Shown in pieces: positions 1 to 9,836 of a DNA stretch of 64,000 nucleotides. This stretch comes from a virus (lineage: Duplodnaviria; Heunggongvirae; Uroviricota; Caudoviricetes). The stretch lies in IMG/VR virus record IMGVR_UViG_3300045993_000138; one strand, 5' to 3'. The stretch's first letter is position 1, and every line of letters begins with the position of its first letter. Below the pieces are notes generated by a model. It saw only the letters and a program-made list of their open reading frames with translations. It ran no database searches and had not been told where the DNA came from. The position numbers and the translations under genes are program-made.

Positions 1-1
1 A

Positions 2-1120
2 GAGGATCACAAGAAAACTCTAAGAATCAAGAACAAAGTTGTCACCAAATATGGTGAGAAAGCGTTCGGGCATCTTCATGCGGCAGCAACTGATTATGCT
101 TCTGGAAATGAACATGGTGCATCAAAACACTATAGTGAATATGAAAGACATGCTATGGATGAATCCCTTGAATTAGCGGCAGCAGCACTTGCTTCTGCTC
201 CAGTTCTACATTTTGTTGGAAGTACTATTGGTGATGCAATTGGAAACAAGGTTAGACGTAGCATAGAAAAGCATAATTCTGGTAAGAGAACTGATGCTGC
301 TATTGCATCGAAAGATGCATCGAAACTACATGCAAAGGCATATAGGTTAACAAGATTGAAGAGTTTCAGCAAGAAGCATCCGAACAAGGCACTTCATGCC
401 AAGACTGCTGCGAAATATGATCAGGCAGATGCTGCCGATCAGACTGCTAGAGCAGCCGCAAAATCAAAGACTGATGCATATCGTAGTAGCGTAGCAAGTG
501 ATAATAAGACATTTGACAAGTGGGGTGCTGTCGGTCTTGGTATCAAGAGAATGCTTCACAAGGAAGAAAAACAGACTGGTTGGACATGTTCTAACGACAA
601 GCATTGTGGCGGCAACATCTTTGATAGAGTATACAGTGATGAACTAAAGGCACCTGTAAAGAAATGCCGAAATTGCGGAACAGAACATCCATTCAAGAAG
701 AGAGTTACGCAAAAGTCTGTCAGAAGAGCAGCAGCACATGAGAGATTGACATCATACATGGCAAAATACAACTTAGATGAAAGCATGGCAGTATTCAAAC
801 GTCACAATGGTAACGTTCTTCCTCCTATAAAGCCAGTAAGGGACAACGAACCACTTCTTGACAAGATTCGTAGAATCATCAAGAAGAAAAGATTAGGAAT
901 CAAAGAAGGTTATCGTCGCGCTGCCGATCACGAACACAGCATGGCAAGAAGGTATCTTGAACAGATGGATGATGGAAAACATCTTGCCATTAAGAGTGTA
1001 GGAGTCCACGATAAGAAAGGACATGTACACATTCACTATGCGGCAAAAGGTCAGGTTGGCGGTGGACGTTATGTTGTCCTAGACAAGCATGGCAAGGAAA
1101 TGGATTTAAAAAAGAAATAG
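2..1120 (+). CDS. Hypothetical Lys/Ala-rich protein, 5'-truncated at the window edge
   Basis: The reading frame is open from base 2 into the ATG at 155, so the track ORF is an internal fragment. It carries a CSNDKHCGG...CRNCG Cys4 motif. No family recognised. Confidence 0.4.
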   Translation, partial: EDHKKTLRIKNKVVTKYGEKAFGHLHAAATDYASGNEHGASKHYSEYERHAMDESLELAAAALASAPVLHFVGSTIGDAIGNKVRRSIEKHNSGKRTDAAIASKDASKLHAKAYRLTRLKSFSKKHPNKALHAKTAAKYDQADAADQTARAAAKSKTDAYRSSVASDNKTFDKWGAVGLGIKRMLHKEEKQTGWTCSNDKHCGGNIFDRVYSDELKAPVKKCRNCGTEHPFKKRVTQKSVRRAAAHERLTSYMAKYNLDESMAVFKRHNGNVLPPIKPVRDNEPLLDKIRRIIKKKRLGIKEGYRRAADHEHSMARRYLEQMDDGKHLAIKSVGVHDKKGHVHIHYAAKGQVGGGRYVVLDKHGKEMDLKKK

Positions 1121-1129
1121 GAGTTTAAA

Positions 1130-1369
1130 ATGAAATTCTCGGAAATGTTCAAACATGCATTTACGGGAGTAGACAATGAAACAATTGATATTGGTAGAGT
1201 CCTTTGGGCTGTGGGCTGTTTGTCATTTTTAGGATGCGCGTTCTACTCGCTTTACAAAGGTCAGACTTTTGATGCCGTAGCATTCGGCACTGGATTTGGA
1301 TTGATAATGGCGGCTGGTGGTGGTGCCTTGATGTTGAAGAAAACAACGGAGCCACAGAGTAAGCAATAA
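1130..1369 (+). CDS. Small membrane protein (holin candidate)
   Basis: 79 aa with two hydrophobic segments (LWAVGCLSFLGCAFYSLY; FGLIMAAGGGALML) and a charged C-terminus. It sits directly upstream of a spanin-like gene pair. Confidence 0.35.
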   Translation: MKFSEMFKHAFTGVDNETIDIGRVLWAVGCLSFLGCAFYSLYKGQTFDAVAFGTGFGLIMAAGGGALMLKKTTEPQSKQ

Positions 1370-1385
1370 TTATTGGAGATATAAT

Positions 1386-1964
1386 ATGGGTATACTTGGA
1401 ATGGCGGCAAGTGGAATTCCACTGCCTTGGAAAATCTTGATTGCGATTGCAGTCATAACATCAGCATTGGGTGGAACATACTATTATGCTTATAACAGAG
1501 CAGAAACCATCACAACTGACAAATACGAACTCAAGATTGCCAAGTACGCAAATGATCAAAAAGATCTAAAACAACAACTGACAGATGAACGTGCCCTCGT
1601 TAGAGAGAACGTGGTCATTAGGTATTTGTACAAGGTTCAGGAAGTCGAGAAGCTAAAGATCGTCTACAGAGACATCTCTAATCATGAAGTTCCATCTCAA
1701 TATGCATTGTCTACTGGTTGGATCTACCTACACGATCAGGCAGCATTGGGACTTCCACCAGATGAAACTCTGTCGAAGGATTCTACTCCATCTACTATCA
1801 TGGATAATCAGGCATTAGCAATAGTTGCCGAAAACTATGGTACATGTCATGAAAAAGACGCTCAAATCAATGCCCTTCGCGACTATGTTCATGCCATGCA
1901 AGATTGGGCTGCAAAGGTAAAATCTGCTGTTGACAAAGCTAATAAGTCAGTATTGCCTAAATAG
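1386..1964 (+). CDS. i-spanin-like protein (N-terminal TM anchor plus coiled-coil periplasmic domain)
   Basis: N-terminal TM (ILIAIAVITSALGG) followed by a long helical, charged region. It is immediately followed by a small Pro-rich lipoprotein gene. Confidence 0.4.
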   Translation: MGILGMAASGIPLPWKILIAIAVITSALGGTYYYAYNRAETITTDKYELKIAKYANDQKDLKQQLTDERALVRENVVIRYLYKVQEVEKLKIVYRDISNHEVPSQYALSTGWIYLHDQAALGLPPDETLSKDSTPSTIMDNQALAIVAENYGTCHEKDAQINALRDYVHAMQDWAAKVKSAVDKANKSVLPK

Positions 1965-1972
1965 AGGATATC

Positions 1973-2167
1973 ATGAAAAATGTAATTATAACACTAGCGA
2001 CAGTTGTATTATTGAGTGGATGTTGCCACACCAATACTCTGATGATTCCAACTATTGAAGATGTCACGGCACCTCCAGAGTTGCTTTTGAAAGAGCCAGA
2101 GAAATTGAAAACAATAAGACAACCCGAAGCACCTACTAAAACAGGAGCTAGTGAAACTACAAAATAA
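1973..2167 (+). CDS. o-spanin-like outer-membrane lipoprotein
   Basis: 64 aa with signal peptide and lipobox LLSGC, then a proline-rich mature part (PPELLLKEPEKLKTIRQPEAP). This is the classic Rz1-type architecture. Confidence 0.45.
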   Translation: MKNVIITLATVVLLSGCCHTNTLMIPTIEDVTAPPELLLKEPEKLKTIRQPEAPTKTGASETTK

Positions 2168-2191
2168 TGTTCGGGGTCTAGGAGAGAACCA

Positions 2192-2581
2192 ATGATAGAC
2201 TTCGAACAAAAGATATCAAAACTAGAAATAGAACTTTCTGCTTTGAAAGAGAAAGTCTATTTTCTTTCTGTGGTCTACGACAAATTCGACACCACTCTAG
2301 AGAAGATCGAATCAGTCATAGAAGCACGCAGAGAAGGTGCTTCCTTTGAAGTCAAAGAACTTCGCCGCGAAATGGAACAACTAGAGAAGAAAATTCTAGA
2401 AGCCGTTGAAGACTGCCGTGAAGAACTTAAAGATCTTCATCATGCAAACACAAGAAAGATTGAAGAACAATCTGGAAAGATCGAAGACCTTAATAAATGG
2501 CGTTGGATTACAGTCGGCGCGGCAGGTATCATAGCGTGGATTATTTCAAAAGTATCCAACATGGTAAACATCTCTCCATAA
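2192..2581 (+). CDS. Coiled-coil protein with C-terminal TM segment
   Basis: Heptad-rich charged sequence plus C-terminal WRWITVGAAGIIAWIISKV. Confidence 0.35.
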   Translation: MIDFEQKISKLEIELSALKEKVYFLSVVYDKFDTTLEKIESVIEARREGASFEVKELRREMEQLEKKILEAVEDCREELKDLHHANTRKIEEQSGKIEDLNKWRWITVGAAGIIAWIISKVSNMVNISP

Positions 2582-2647
2582 ACTTGCTTTTTTGGTTGAA
2601 ATGTAGTATCATGAGTACATTGATTGTCACTTTGAAAGCTTTATATC

Positions 2648-3706
2648 ATGTCCGTCTTTTTAGACAGAACTTACCTATTGAAAATATCCAGTCGTCTTCG
2701 TAACTTCAAAGAAAAGAAGAACGATTTATATAACTTTTCATGCCCTATTTGCGGAGATTCACAGAAGAACCGCACGAAAGCCCGTGGCTATGTATTTCGT
2801 AAGAATAATGACTATTTTTACACATGTCACAATTGTCAAACGGGAACAACTTTCCCCAAACTATTAAAGCACATCGATGAACAGGAATATTCACAATATT
2901 GCCTTGATCGTTATAGTTCTGGTGACAATAATCGCTCAAATTACGAGAAACCCATAATCGATCTTAAGGGTGGCAGGAAACCAACAGAAGCATTTCAAGA
3001 TACTGTTACACTGCAAAATATATTTTCCAAAAGTGCAGGTAACTATGTGTTTGGGAGCCTAGATACACTACCAGCAGAACATTTTGCTGTTCAATACATT
3101 CGCATGAGAAAGATTCCAGAGAAGTTCTGGAAAGAGATTTTCTATACTAACAAGTTCAAGGATTTCCTAGACAATACATTCAAAGATCACGGCAAGGATA
3201 ATGTTCCAAACGATGATCGTATTGTTCTGTGTTATACTAACTCGAAAGGTGAAATTACGAATGTAGCTGGTAGAGCATTGGGCGAATCGAAAATCAGGTA
3301 TATCACAGTAAAGGTGCTAGATGAAAAAAAGTTGTTCGGCTTGCACAGGTTGCTCCCCAAAGAAACAGTCTACGTCTTGGAAGGTCAGTTCGACTCTTAC
3401 TTCGTGGAAAATAGTGTTGCCAGCGGCGATAGTAATCTATGTGCTGTTCCAGACTTTCTTTCCGACAGTGAGTGTGTTTTAGTTTATGATGCCGAGCCAC
3501 GAAATAAAGAGATTGTAAAACAAATAAACCGTGCCATCGAGAATGACCATTCAGTTGTATTGTTCCCGAATGATATACCCTATAAAGATGTGAATGAAAT
3601 GATCATGAATGGTATGAGTGAGAGTGAAGTGATGAACATTATCCGCGAGAATACTTTTCAAGGTCTAACAGCGAAGCTCAAGTTCGCAGAGTGGAGAAAA
3701 TGCTGA
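2648..3706 (+). CDS. DNA primase, T4 gp61-like (zinc ribbon plus TOPRIM-like core)
   Basis: CPICGDSQKNRTKARGY...YTCHNCQ matches the gp61 zinc-ribbon signature (CPxCGDS..NKARG). Acidic motifs (VLEGQFDSYF, LVYDAEPRN) fit a TOPRIM core. Confidence 0.6.
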   Translation: MSVFLDRTYLLKISSRLRNFKEKKNDLYNFSCPICGDSQKNRTKARGYVFRKNNDYFYTCHNCQTGTTFPKLLKHIDEQEYSQYCLDRYSSGDNNRSNYEKPIIDLKGGRKPTEAFQDTVTLQNIFSKSAGNYVFGSLDTLPAEHFAVQYIRMRKIPEKFWKEIFYTNKFKDFLDNTFKDHGKDNVPNDDRIVLCYTNSKGEITNVAGRALGESKIRYITVKVLDEKKLFGLHRLLPKETVYVLEGQFDSYFVENSVASGDSNLCAVPDFLSDSECVLVYDAEPRNKEIVKQINRAIENDHSVVLFPNDIPYKDVNEMIMNGMSESEVMNIIRENTFQGLTAKLKFAEWRKC

Positions 3707-4449
3707 CAACGAAGTATAAGTCCATATTCATATCTGATATCCACTTAGGATCCAGAGGTTGTAAAGCCGAAGAACTCTGTTCTTTTCTCAAACACAACAC
3801 AAGCGAGAATCTATTTTTAGTAGGAGACATTATTGACGGCTGGAGACTTCGTAGAAAATTCTTTTGGAGACAATCACACACCAATGTAATTCGTAGGTTT
3901 CTTACAGCATCTAAAAGAAATACTAGAGTTGTCTATATTACTGGAAATCACGATGAAGACTTTCGTATGCTCTCTCCATTTTCGTTTGGAAATATAGAAC
4001 TATATAATCACTTCCGCTACAAAGCAGTGAACGGAAAAACATACATGGTTATTCATGGGGATTTGTTTGATGGAGTATTGAGAACACGTTTGAAATTCCT
4101 ATACCATGTCGGAGATTTTGTATACGAACAGTTACTCAGAGTCAATAACCTTCTACAGAAGATCCGCAGCGCATTAGGTCTTTCTTATTGGAGTCTCAGT
4201 GCATACCTGAAAAATAAGACAAAGGAAGCCCTATCTTATTTGAATGATTTCGAAGATCTAATCACAGACTATTGCAAAAAGAAACATGCTGATGGAGTGA
4301 TATGTGGACACGTTCATCATCCAGCAATCAAGATGATAAATGACGTAGAGTATATGAATGATGGAGATTGGGTAGAAAGTTGCACAGCACTTGTGGAACA
4401 TCATGATGGCAAATGGGAGATTGTGGAATGGTTGTTAAGAAAAGAATAG
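3691..4449 (+). CDS. LpxH-family calcineurin-like metallophosphoesterase (UDP-2,3-diacylglucosamine diphosphatase-like)
   Basis: Metal-binding motifs: SDIHLG, GDIIDGW, ITGNHDED, IHGDLFD, GHVHHPAI. The C-terminus DGDWVESCTALVEHHDGKWEIVEW parallels the LpxH tail. Confidence 0.55.
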   Translation: MEKMLTTKYKSIFISDIHLGSRGCKAEELCSFLKHNTSENLFLVGDIIDGWRLRRKFFWRQSHTNVIRRFLTASKRNTRVVYITGNHDEDFRMLSPFSFGNIELYNHFRYKAVNGKTYMVIHGDLFDGVLRTRLKFLYHVGDFVYEQLLRVNNLLQKIRSALGLSYWSLSAYLKNKTKEALSYLNDFEDLITDYCKKKHADGVICGHVHHPAIKMINDVEYMNDGDWVESCTALVEHHDGKWEIVEWLLRKE

Positions 4450-5423
4450 TCATCATTAGTGATGCGTGGTATCCTCAAGTAAATGGGGTTGTCACTACCT
4501 ACACCAATATAATTCAAAACATAGATCATAATGTCTATGACGTAGAACTCATTGAGCCGAGTCAGTTCAAGACTATTCGCTTTCCCTTCTATAAGGAAAT
4601 TGAACTTTCTATTTGTACCAAGAATCGAATGAAGAATATTCTCAAGAATATGGAACCAGTACACCGTTTCCATATTGCCACAGAAGGACCATTAGGGGTT
4701 GCCGCAAAGCGAGCGTTGGATGAAATGGGTATTCGTTACACTACCGCATACCACACCAAGTTTCCAGAATACTTGAAAACTAATTGGGGATTTCCACTGA
4801 CTATTTCCAATGCATTTTTCAACTGGTTTCATAGAAAGTCTCGTATTGTCATGATGCCATCACCTTCTGTAGCAAAAGAAAAGGCACATTGGAATGTTCA
4901 GGTTTCTGGTAAGGGATATGATGAACATTTTATGTTTAGTTCGACCGTCGATGAAAATGATAATAAAATTCTTCTCTATGTCGGCAGAGTAAGTAAGGAA
5001 AAGGGTATCGAAGATTTCTGCCGATTACAGATTCCTCACACAAGAAAGGTTGTGGTTGGAAATGGTCCAGATAAGAAAAGATTGAAAAAGAAGTATCCTG
5101 ATGTAATTTTTGCAGGGTATAAATTTGGAAAAGACCTTGCTAGATATTACCAGTCTGCCAGTGTCTTCGTATTTCCAAGCAGAACTGATACTTTTGGAAT
5201 AGTTGTACTGGAAGCAATGGCATGTGGAACACCCGTAGCCGCATATCCAGTAACTGGTCCAATCGATCAAATTGTTAATGGTGTCAACGGTTACACAAGT
5301 CAAAGTTTGAGTAATGCAGTGGTGAAATGTTTTGCTATTTCACGTAAAAGTGTGTATAATAGTGTAAAGAATATATCGTGGAAGAAGTCTGCCGAGCAGT
5401 TTATTTCACATTTGGAGGGATGA
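4413..5423 (+). CDS. Glycosyltransferase family 4 (GT-B, retaining)
   Basis: N-terminal ISDAWYPQVNGV (Glyco_transf_4-like). C-terminal E-X7-E region FVFPSRTDTFGIVVLEAMACGTPVAA (Glycos_transf_1). Confidence 0.65.
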   Translation: MGDCGMVVKKRIVIISDAWYPQVNGVVTTYTNIIQNIDHNVYDVELIEPSQFKTIRFPFYKEIELSICTKNRMKNILKNMEPVHRFHIATEGPLGVAAKRALDEMGIRYTTAYHTKFPEYLKTNWGFPLTISNAFFNWFHRKSRIVMMPSPSVAKEKAHWNVQVSGKGYDEHFMFSSTVDENDNKILLYVGRVSKEKGIEDFCRLQIPHTRKVVVGNGPDKKRLKKKYPDVIFAGYKFGKDLARYYQSASVFVFPSRTDTFGIVVLEAMACGTPVAAYPVTGPIDQIVNGVNGYTSQSLSNAVVKCFAISRKSVYNSVKNISWKKSAEQFISHLEG

Positions 5424-5425
5424 TT

Positions 5426-6094
5426 ATGAGTAAGATTGATGTATTGAATGGTGGTTTCGTTAGACTAGTAGACTCAATGGGTTCTGATCTTTCAATCGTA
5501 AGAGCCGCAAGAGTATCGTATGACGCGGATTGGCGCGAAGGTGACGAGAAGAGTGATGCAAAACTCATTGGATATCTGATGAAGAATCGTCACACAAGTC
5601 CATTCGAATCAGTGACATTCACATTCGAAGTGAAGGCACCAATCTTTGTATTCCGTCAGTGGCATCGTCACCGCACATGGTCATTCAATGAAATCTCCGC
5701 GAGATACACAGAACTTGATGAAGGTTTCTATGTTCCAGAGTTAGATCAGATCACCACACAGTCAAAAGATAATAAGCAGATGCGAACGAATGAACAGCAT
5801 CCATTAGCACCAAATTTCCAATATATAATTGACTCAAAGTGTCAAGCTGCATTTGCCACATATCGCGCATTGATAGTTGATGGTTGCCCAAGAGAACTCG
5901 CACGTTCTGTGTTGCCAGTAGCAGCATACAGCCGCATGTTCGCAACTTGCGATCTACATAATCTTTTACACTTTATTCGTTTGCGTGATCACGAACATGC
6001 TCAGTATGAAATCAGAGTATACGCACAAGCCATGTTGGAATTGATTAGACCAATCGTTCCAATCGCCACGAAAGAATTTGAGACAACACTATGA
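5426..6094 (+). CDS. thyX: Flavin-dependent thymidylate synthase ThyX
   Basis: ThyX signature FRQWHRHRTWSFNEISARY (RHRx7S) and the full-length fold. RBS GGAGGG upstream of the ATG at 5426. Confidence 0.85.
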   Translation: MSKIDVLNGGFVRLVDSMGSDLSIVRAARVSYDADWREGDEKSDAKLIGYLMKNRHTSPFESVTFTFEVKAPIFVFRQWHRHRTWSFNEISARYTELDEGFYVPELDQITTQSKDNKQMRTNEQHPLAPNFQYIIDSKCQAAFATYRALIVDGCPRELARSVLPVAAYSRMFATCDLHNLLHFIRLRDHEHAQYEIRVYAQAMLELIRPIVPIATKEFETTL

Positions 6095-6357
6095 ATAACG
6101 AAGATTACAGACAGGGATATAGAGACGGTTGGCGCGATGCGCTAAGTCCTATTGTTCCAAAGAAACCATTTGAACCAGAGAATCCATTCATACCACCAAC
6201 TCTGCCACCATTTCCATACAATCCATCACCAGTTAAACAGAAAGACTATTCCTGTCCTGTGTGTGGAATAACATTCGAATTCGGCAAAGCATATGGGTAT
6301 GCTTGCGCTCAATCAAATTGCCCGTCAAAAATAACATCGATGAATATTTCAGAATGA
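6091..6357 (+). CDS. Small Pro-rich protein with zinc-ribbon motif
   Basis: CPVCG...CAQSNCP. ATGA overlap with the next gene. Confidence 0.3.
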   Translation: MNNEDYRQGYRDGWRDALSPIVPKKPFEPENPFIPPTLPPFPYNPSPVKQKDYSCPVCGITFEFGKAYGYACAQSNCPSKITSMNISE

Positions 6358-6824
6358 AACATAAGCATCACATTGTTCCAAAACATGCTGGTGGCACTAA
6401 CGATTCTTCTAATATTGTAGAATTAAGTGTTGCCGAACATGCAGAAGCACATCGTATACTATTTGAAACTTATGGTAGATGGGAAGATGAAATTGCTTGG
6501 AAAACTTTGAGCGGACAAATTGAAATAGATCAAGCTAGAAGATTGGCATCTTCTATTGCCAATAAAGGTAAAGTAAACAGTATAGAAACGAGAATGAAAA
6601 TCTCCATTTCTAGAACAGGACTCAAAGACTCAGAAGAAACTAGAAAATATAAGAGTCAACGATCTAGTGTGAAAGGGAAGAAATATTACCACAATGGTAT
6701 AATAGAATACAGATATTTGGTTGGATCACAACCAGAAAATTGGATTTTGGGTCGGCTTCCAACTGGAACCGAAAGAGGACATGACGGCAGATTTAAAAAT
6801 AAACAAAAGAAGGAAAGAGAATAA
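6355..6824 (+). CDS. HNH homing endonuclease (free-standing)
   Basis: HHIVPKHAGGTNDSSNIVELSVAEHAEAH HNH motif. Start trimmed to the ATG at 6355, which overlaps the upstream stop. Lies immediately upstream of nrdJ. Confidence 0.65.
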
Positions 6825-6825
6825 C

Positions 6826-8514
6826 ATGAAGAATGAACTACCAACAGTATACCAGCAATATATAGCAATCAGCAGATATGCTAGATATTTAGATGAAAGT
6901 GGAAGACGAGAAACTTGGTCAGAAACAGTCAATAGATATTTTGAGTTCTTTAAAAAGAGAACAGATAACAATAAGAAAATTCCTTGGAAGGAATTACAGG
7001 ATGCTGTTTTAAACCTAGAAGTAATGCCTTCTATGAGAGCATTAATGACTGCTGGACCAGCACTAGAAAAAGATAATGTTGCTGGATATAACTGTTCATA
7101 TGTTGTTATTGATAGTCAGAAAGCATTCGATGAAATCATGTATATTTTATGCTGCGGAACTGGAGTGGGTTTCTCAGTCGAATCTCGCTATACCAACAAG
7201 CTTCCAGAGGTTCCAGATGAACTACATCCAACAGACACCACCATCATGTTCAAAGACAGTAAGATCGGATGGGCAACAGGATACAGAGAATTTGTTTCTC
7301 TCCTATATTCAGGTAAGATTCCTCAATGGGATATCTCCAAACTCCGTCCAGCAGGAGAACGTCTTAAGACTTTTGGTGGTCGCGCATCTGGACCAGAACC
7401 ACTCGTAGATCTTCTAAAGTTCACACTCAACATTTTCAACAAAGCCCGTGGTCGCAAACTGACCACATTGGAATGCCATGACATCGTATGTAAAATCGCA
7501 GATATTGTTGTCTGCGGTGGAGTTCGCCGCTCTGCTCTTATTTCTCTATCTGACCTTAATGATGATTACATCCGTAACTCCAAGTCAGGAGAATGGTGGA
7601 CCCACAACGGTCAGCGATCACTCGCTAATAATAGCGCAGTCTATGAACAACGTCCAGACATGGACACATTCATGAAGGAATGGGTTGCACTATACATGTC
7701 TCGTTCTGGAGAACGTGGTCTGTTCTCGCGTGTTGCCTCACAGGCAGCAGCAGCAAAATATGGTCGCAGAGATCCAAAATTGGACTATGGTACGAACCCA
7801 TGTTCAGAAATCATCCTGCGTCCATACCAGTTCTGTAATCTGTCGGAAGTTGTAGTGCGTGCAGAGGATACACTGGAAACATTGAAGCGCAAGGTAAAGC
7901 TTGCAACCATTCTAGGAACACTACAATCTACACTCTCCGACTTCCGTTACATCAACAAGAAGTGGAAGAACAACACCGAAGAAGAAAGATTGCTAGGCGT
8001 TTCTCTGACTGGTATCATGGATCATAAGACACTCAATGGTTCAGTAAACTTTTCATCAAGTGGACAGAATGAAGAACTAGCACGTTGGCTCACAGAAATG
8101 CGTGAACTTGCTGTAAAAACCAACGTTGATCTTTCTAAGGCACTCGGAGTAGAAGCAGCAGCCGCAATCACATGCGTGAAGCCATCAGGGTGCGCAGATA
8201 TCGATACGAAGATTAAAACTTCGAACGGTATTATGACCATCGAAGAAATTTTTGAACATATGGGCTATGATATTCAAAATTGTAATCAGGGCGATTGGCT
8301 AGAGCCAACTAAAGATTTGCTAGTTTATGATGAAAATGATGAATTAAAACCAATCACTAAACTTTTCGTTAATGGATTTGCCGAAACCTATGAAGTTTCA
8401 GACGAGAACGGAAATACTTACAAGTTTACAGCAGAACATAAAGTTAAAGTTACAGGTAAAGGGTGGGTTCGCGTTGACGAACTTTCAGAAGGTGATGATG
8501 TCGTAAAGTTTTAA
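6826..8514 (+). CDS. nrdJ: Class II (B12-dependent) ribonucleotide reductase NrdJ, N-terminal extein fragment fused to N-intein half
   Basis: Class II RNR active-site region GTNPCSEIILRPYQFCNLSEV. The ORF ends with a Hint-like N-intein (starts CADIDTK...) and then a stop codon. True start is ATG 6826 (MKNELPTVYQQY). The track ORF start at 6721 is read-through from the HNH gene. Confidence 0.8.
   Translation: MKNELPTVYQQYIAISRYARYLDESGRRETWSETVNRYFEFFKKRTDNNKKIPWKELQDAVLNLEVMPSMRALMTAGPALEKDNVAGYNCSYVVIDSQKAFDEIMYILCCGTGVGFSVESRYTNKLPEVPDELHPTDTTIMFKDSKIGWATGYREFVSLLYSGKIPQWDISKLRPAGERLKTFGGRASGPEPLVDLLKFTLNIFNKARGRKLTTLECHDIVCKIADIVVCGGVRRSALISLSDLNDDYIRNSKSGEWWTHNGQRSLANNSAVYEQRPDMDTFMKEWVALYMSRSGERGLFSRVASQAAAAKYGRRDPKLDYGTNPCSEIILRPYQFCNLSEVVVRAEDTLETLKRKVKLATILGTLQSTLSDFRYINKKWKNNTEEERLLGVSLTGIMDHKTLNGSVNFSSSGQNEELARWLTEMRELAVKTNVDLSKALGVEAAAAITCVKPSGCADIDTKIKTSNGIMTIEEIFEHMGYDIQNCNQGDWLEPTKDLLVYDENDELKPITKLFVNGFAETYEVSDENGNTYKFTAEHKVKVTGKGWVRVDELSEGDDVVKF
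8191..8511 (+). mobile_element. Split intein, N-terminal half (IntN, ~107 aa)
   Basis: Begins with Cys1 directly after the extein sequence VKPSG. Hint N-terminal blocks are present. Terminated by a stop codon instead of continuing into an endonuclease domain. Confidence 0.7.
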
Positions 8515-8562
8515 AATACTAAATAGTGTTATACCGTCAGGAAGTAAAGAGGGTTTAATACT

Positions 8563-9183
8563 ATGAATTATAAAAAACTATACGAAGAACACCACGGACC
8601 AATACCACAAGATTATGAGATACACCACATAATACCCAGATATGCTGGGGGCACTGATGATATTTCTAATCTTGTGGCTCTCTCTAAAGAACATCATAAA
8701 AAAGCCCACATGGAAAGATATGAAAAATATGGTGACTTTAGGGATTTGTGCGCTTATCATATGATAGGATATAATTTCAGTGAGGCTCATCAAGTTTCTT
8801 CTTCTGAGGGTGGGAAGATTGGTGGAACTAAAGTTTATGATACTGGAGTTGGTATATTTCGCTCTGAAGAAGAAAGAAAAATTTGGGCTGCTATGGGTGG
8901 GAGAATTGGTGGAAAGATGCAAAAAGAAAATGGTCTCGGTATCCACACACCAAACAAAGAACTCAGATTACAGTGGGCGTCTAAGGGTGGTAAAGCATCT
9001 GGTGTATTTCAAGACCCAAAAAGACAGTCTGAATTTGGTAAACGTGGTGGAGTAAAGAACAAAGGATTTCGTTGGTATACTGATAATGAAGGAACCCATA
9101 AAAAGTATACACCAACACAGCAGATTAATGAAAATTTTGAAGATTTCATAAAAAGAACACAATTTAATAGAGGTAGAAAATGA
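8563..9183 (+). CDS. HNH homing endonuclease encoded between the two intein halves
   Basis: HHIIPRYAGGTDDISNLVALSKEHHKKAH. Has its own RBS and ATG. Its stop overlaps the C-intein ATG (ATGA). Confidence 0.7.
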   Translation: MNYKKLYEEHHGPIPQDYEIHHIIPRYAGGTDDISNLVALSKEHHKKAHMERYEKYGDFRDLCAYHMIGYNFSEAHQVSSSEGGKIGGTKVYDTGVGIFRSEEERKIWAAMGGRIGGKMQKENGLGIHTPNKELRLQWASKGGKASGVFQDPKRQSEFGKRGGVKNKGFRWYTDNEGTHKKYTPTQQINENFEDFIKRTQFNRGRK

Positions 9184-9287
9184 AAGTAGCAAAGATTAGA
9201 AAGACGGGAACCGCAACTCTTACAGCAGATATTGAAGTTGCTGATACACACTCATATCAGTTAGACAATGGTTGGGTGGTTCATAAT
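9180..9287 (+). mobile_element. Split intein, C-terminal half (IntC, 36 aa)
   Basis: MKVAKIRKTG...ADIEVADTHSYQLDNGWVVHN carries the canonical C-terminal blocks F/G ending in HN, followed by the +1 Thr of the extein. Confidence 0.7.
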
Positions 9288-9836
9288 ACAGTTTCACAAT
9301 TGGTTGACTCTGCTTCAGGTATTCATCCTCGTTATTCACAGTACTATATTCGCAGAGTACGTGCAGACAAGAAGGATCCTCTTGCAAACTTCATGATCAG
9401 TAAGGGATACGTTGCCGAAGAAGACTTCTATGGAAAATCAAATTGGGTATTCTCATTTCCAATGAAGGCACCAGAAGGCGCGGTTCTCACCAAGGATGTT
9501 ACTGCAATTGAACAGCTAGAACTTTGGAAGATCTATCAGGAACATTGGTGCGAACATAAGCCATCTATTACAGTATTCGTAGGTGACGACGAATGGATGG
9601 ATGTTGGAGCATGGGTCTATAAGAACATGACAGCAATTTCAGGAGTTTCATTCCTTCCAAGAGACACTGGATCATATCGTCAGGCACCATATGAGGAAAT
9701 TGATGAGGCTAAGTATAATGAACTTCTGGCAATTCAAAATGTCAGTATTGATTGGGTGGAGTTCAAGGAAGAAACTGATATGACTGTTGGTTCTCAAAGT
9801 CTTGCTTGTGTTTCTGGCGTTTGTGACATAACTTGA
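9180..9836 (+). CDS. nrdJ: NrdJ C-terminal extein fragment, translated with IntC leader
   Basis: After ...VVHN the sequence TVSQLVDSASGIHPRYSQYY continues the class II RNR C-terminal region. Confidence 0.75.
   Translation: MKVAKIRKTGTATLTADIEVADTHSYQLDNGWVVHNTVSQLVDSASGIHPRYSQYYIRRVRADKKDPLANFMISKGYVAEEDFYGKSNWVFSFPMKAPEGAVLTKDVTAIEQLELWKIYQEHWCEHKPSITVFVGDDEWMDVGAWVYKNMTAISGVSFLPRDTGSYRQAPYEEIDEAKYNELLAIQNVSIDWVEFKEETDMTVGSQSLACVSGVCDIT

Noticed and set aside
6721-6825. Upstream extension of the nrdJ ORF (MDHNQKIGFW...)
   Set aside because: It is read-through of the preceding HNH gene's 3' end in another frame context. A good RBS (AAGGAAAGAGA) precedes ATG 6826, which begins the conserved RNR N-terminus.
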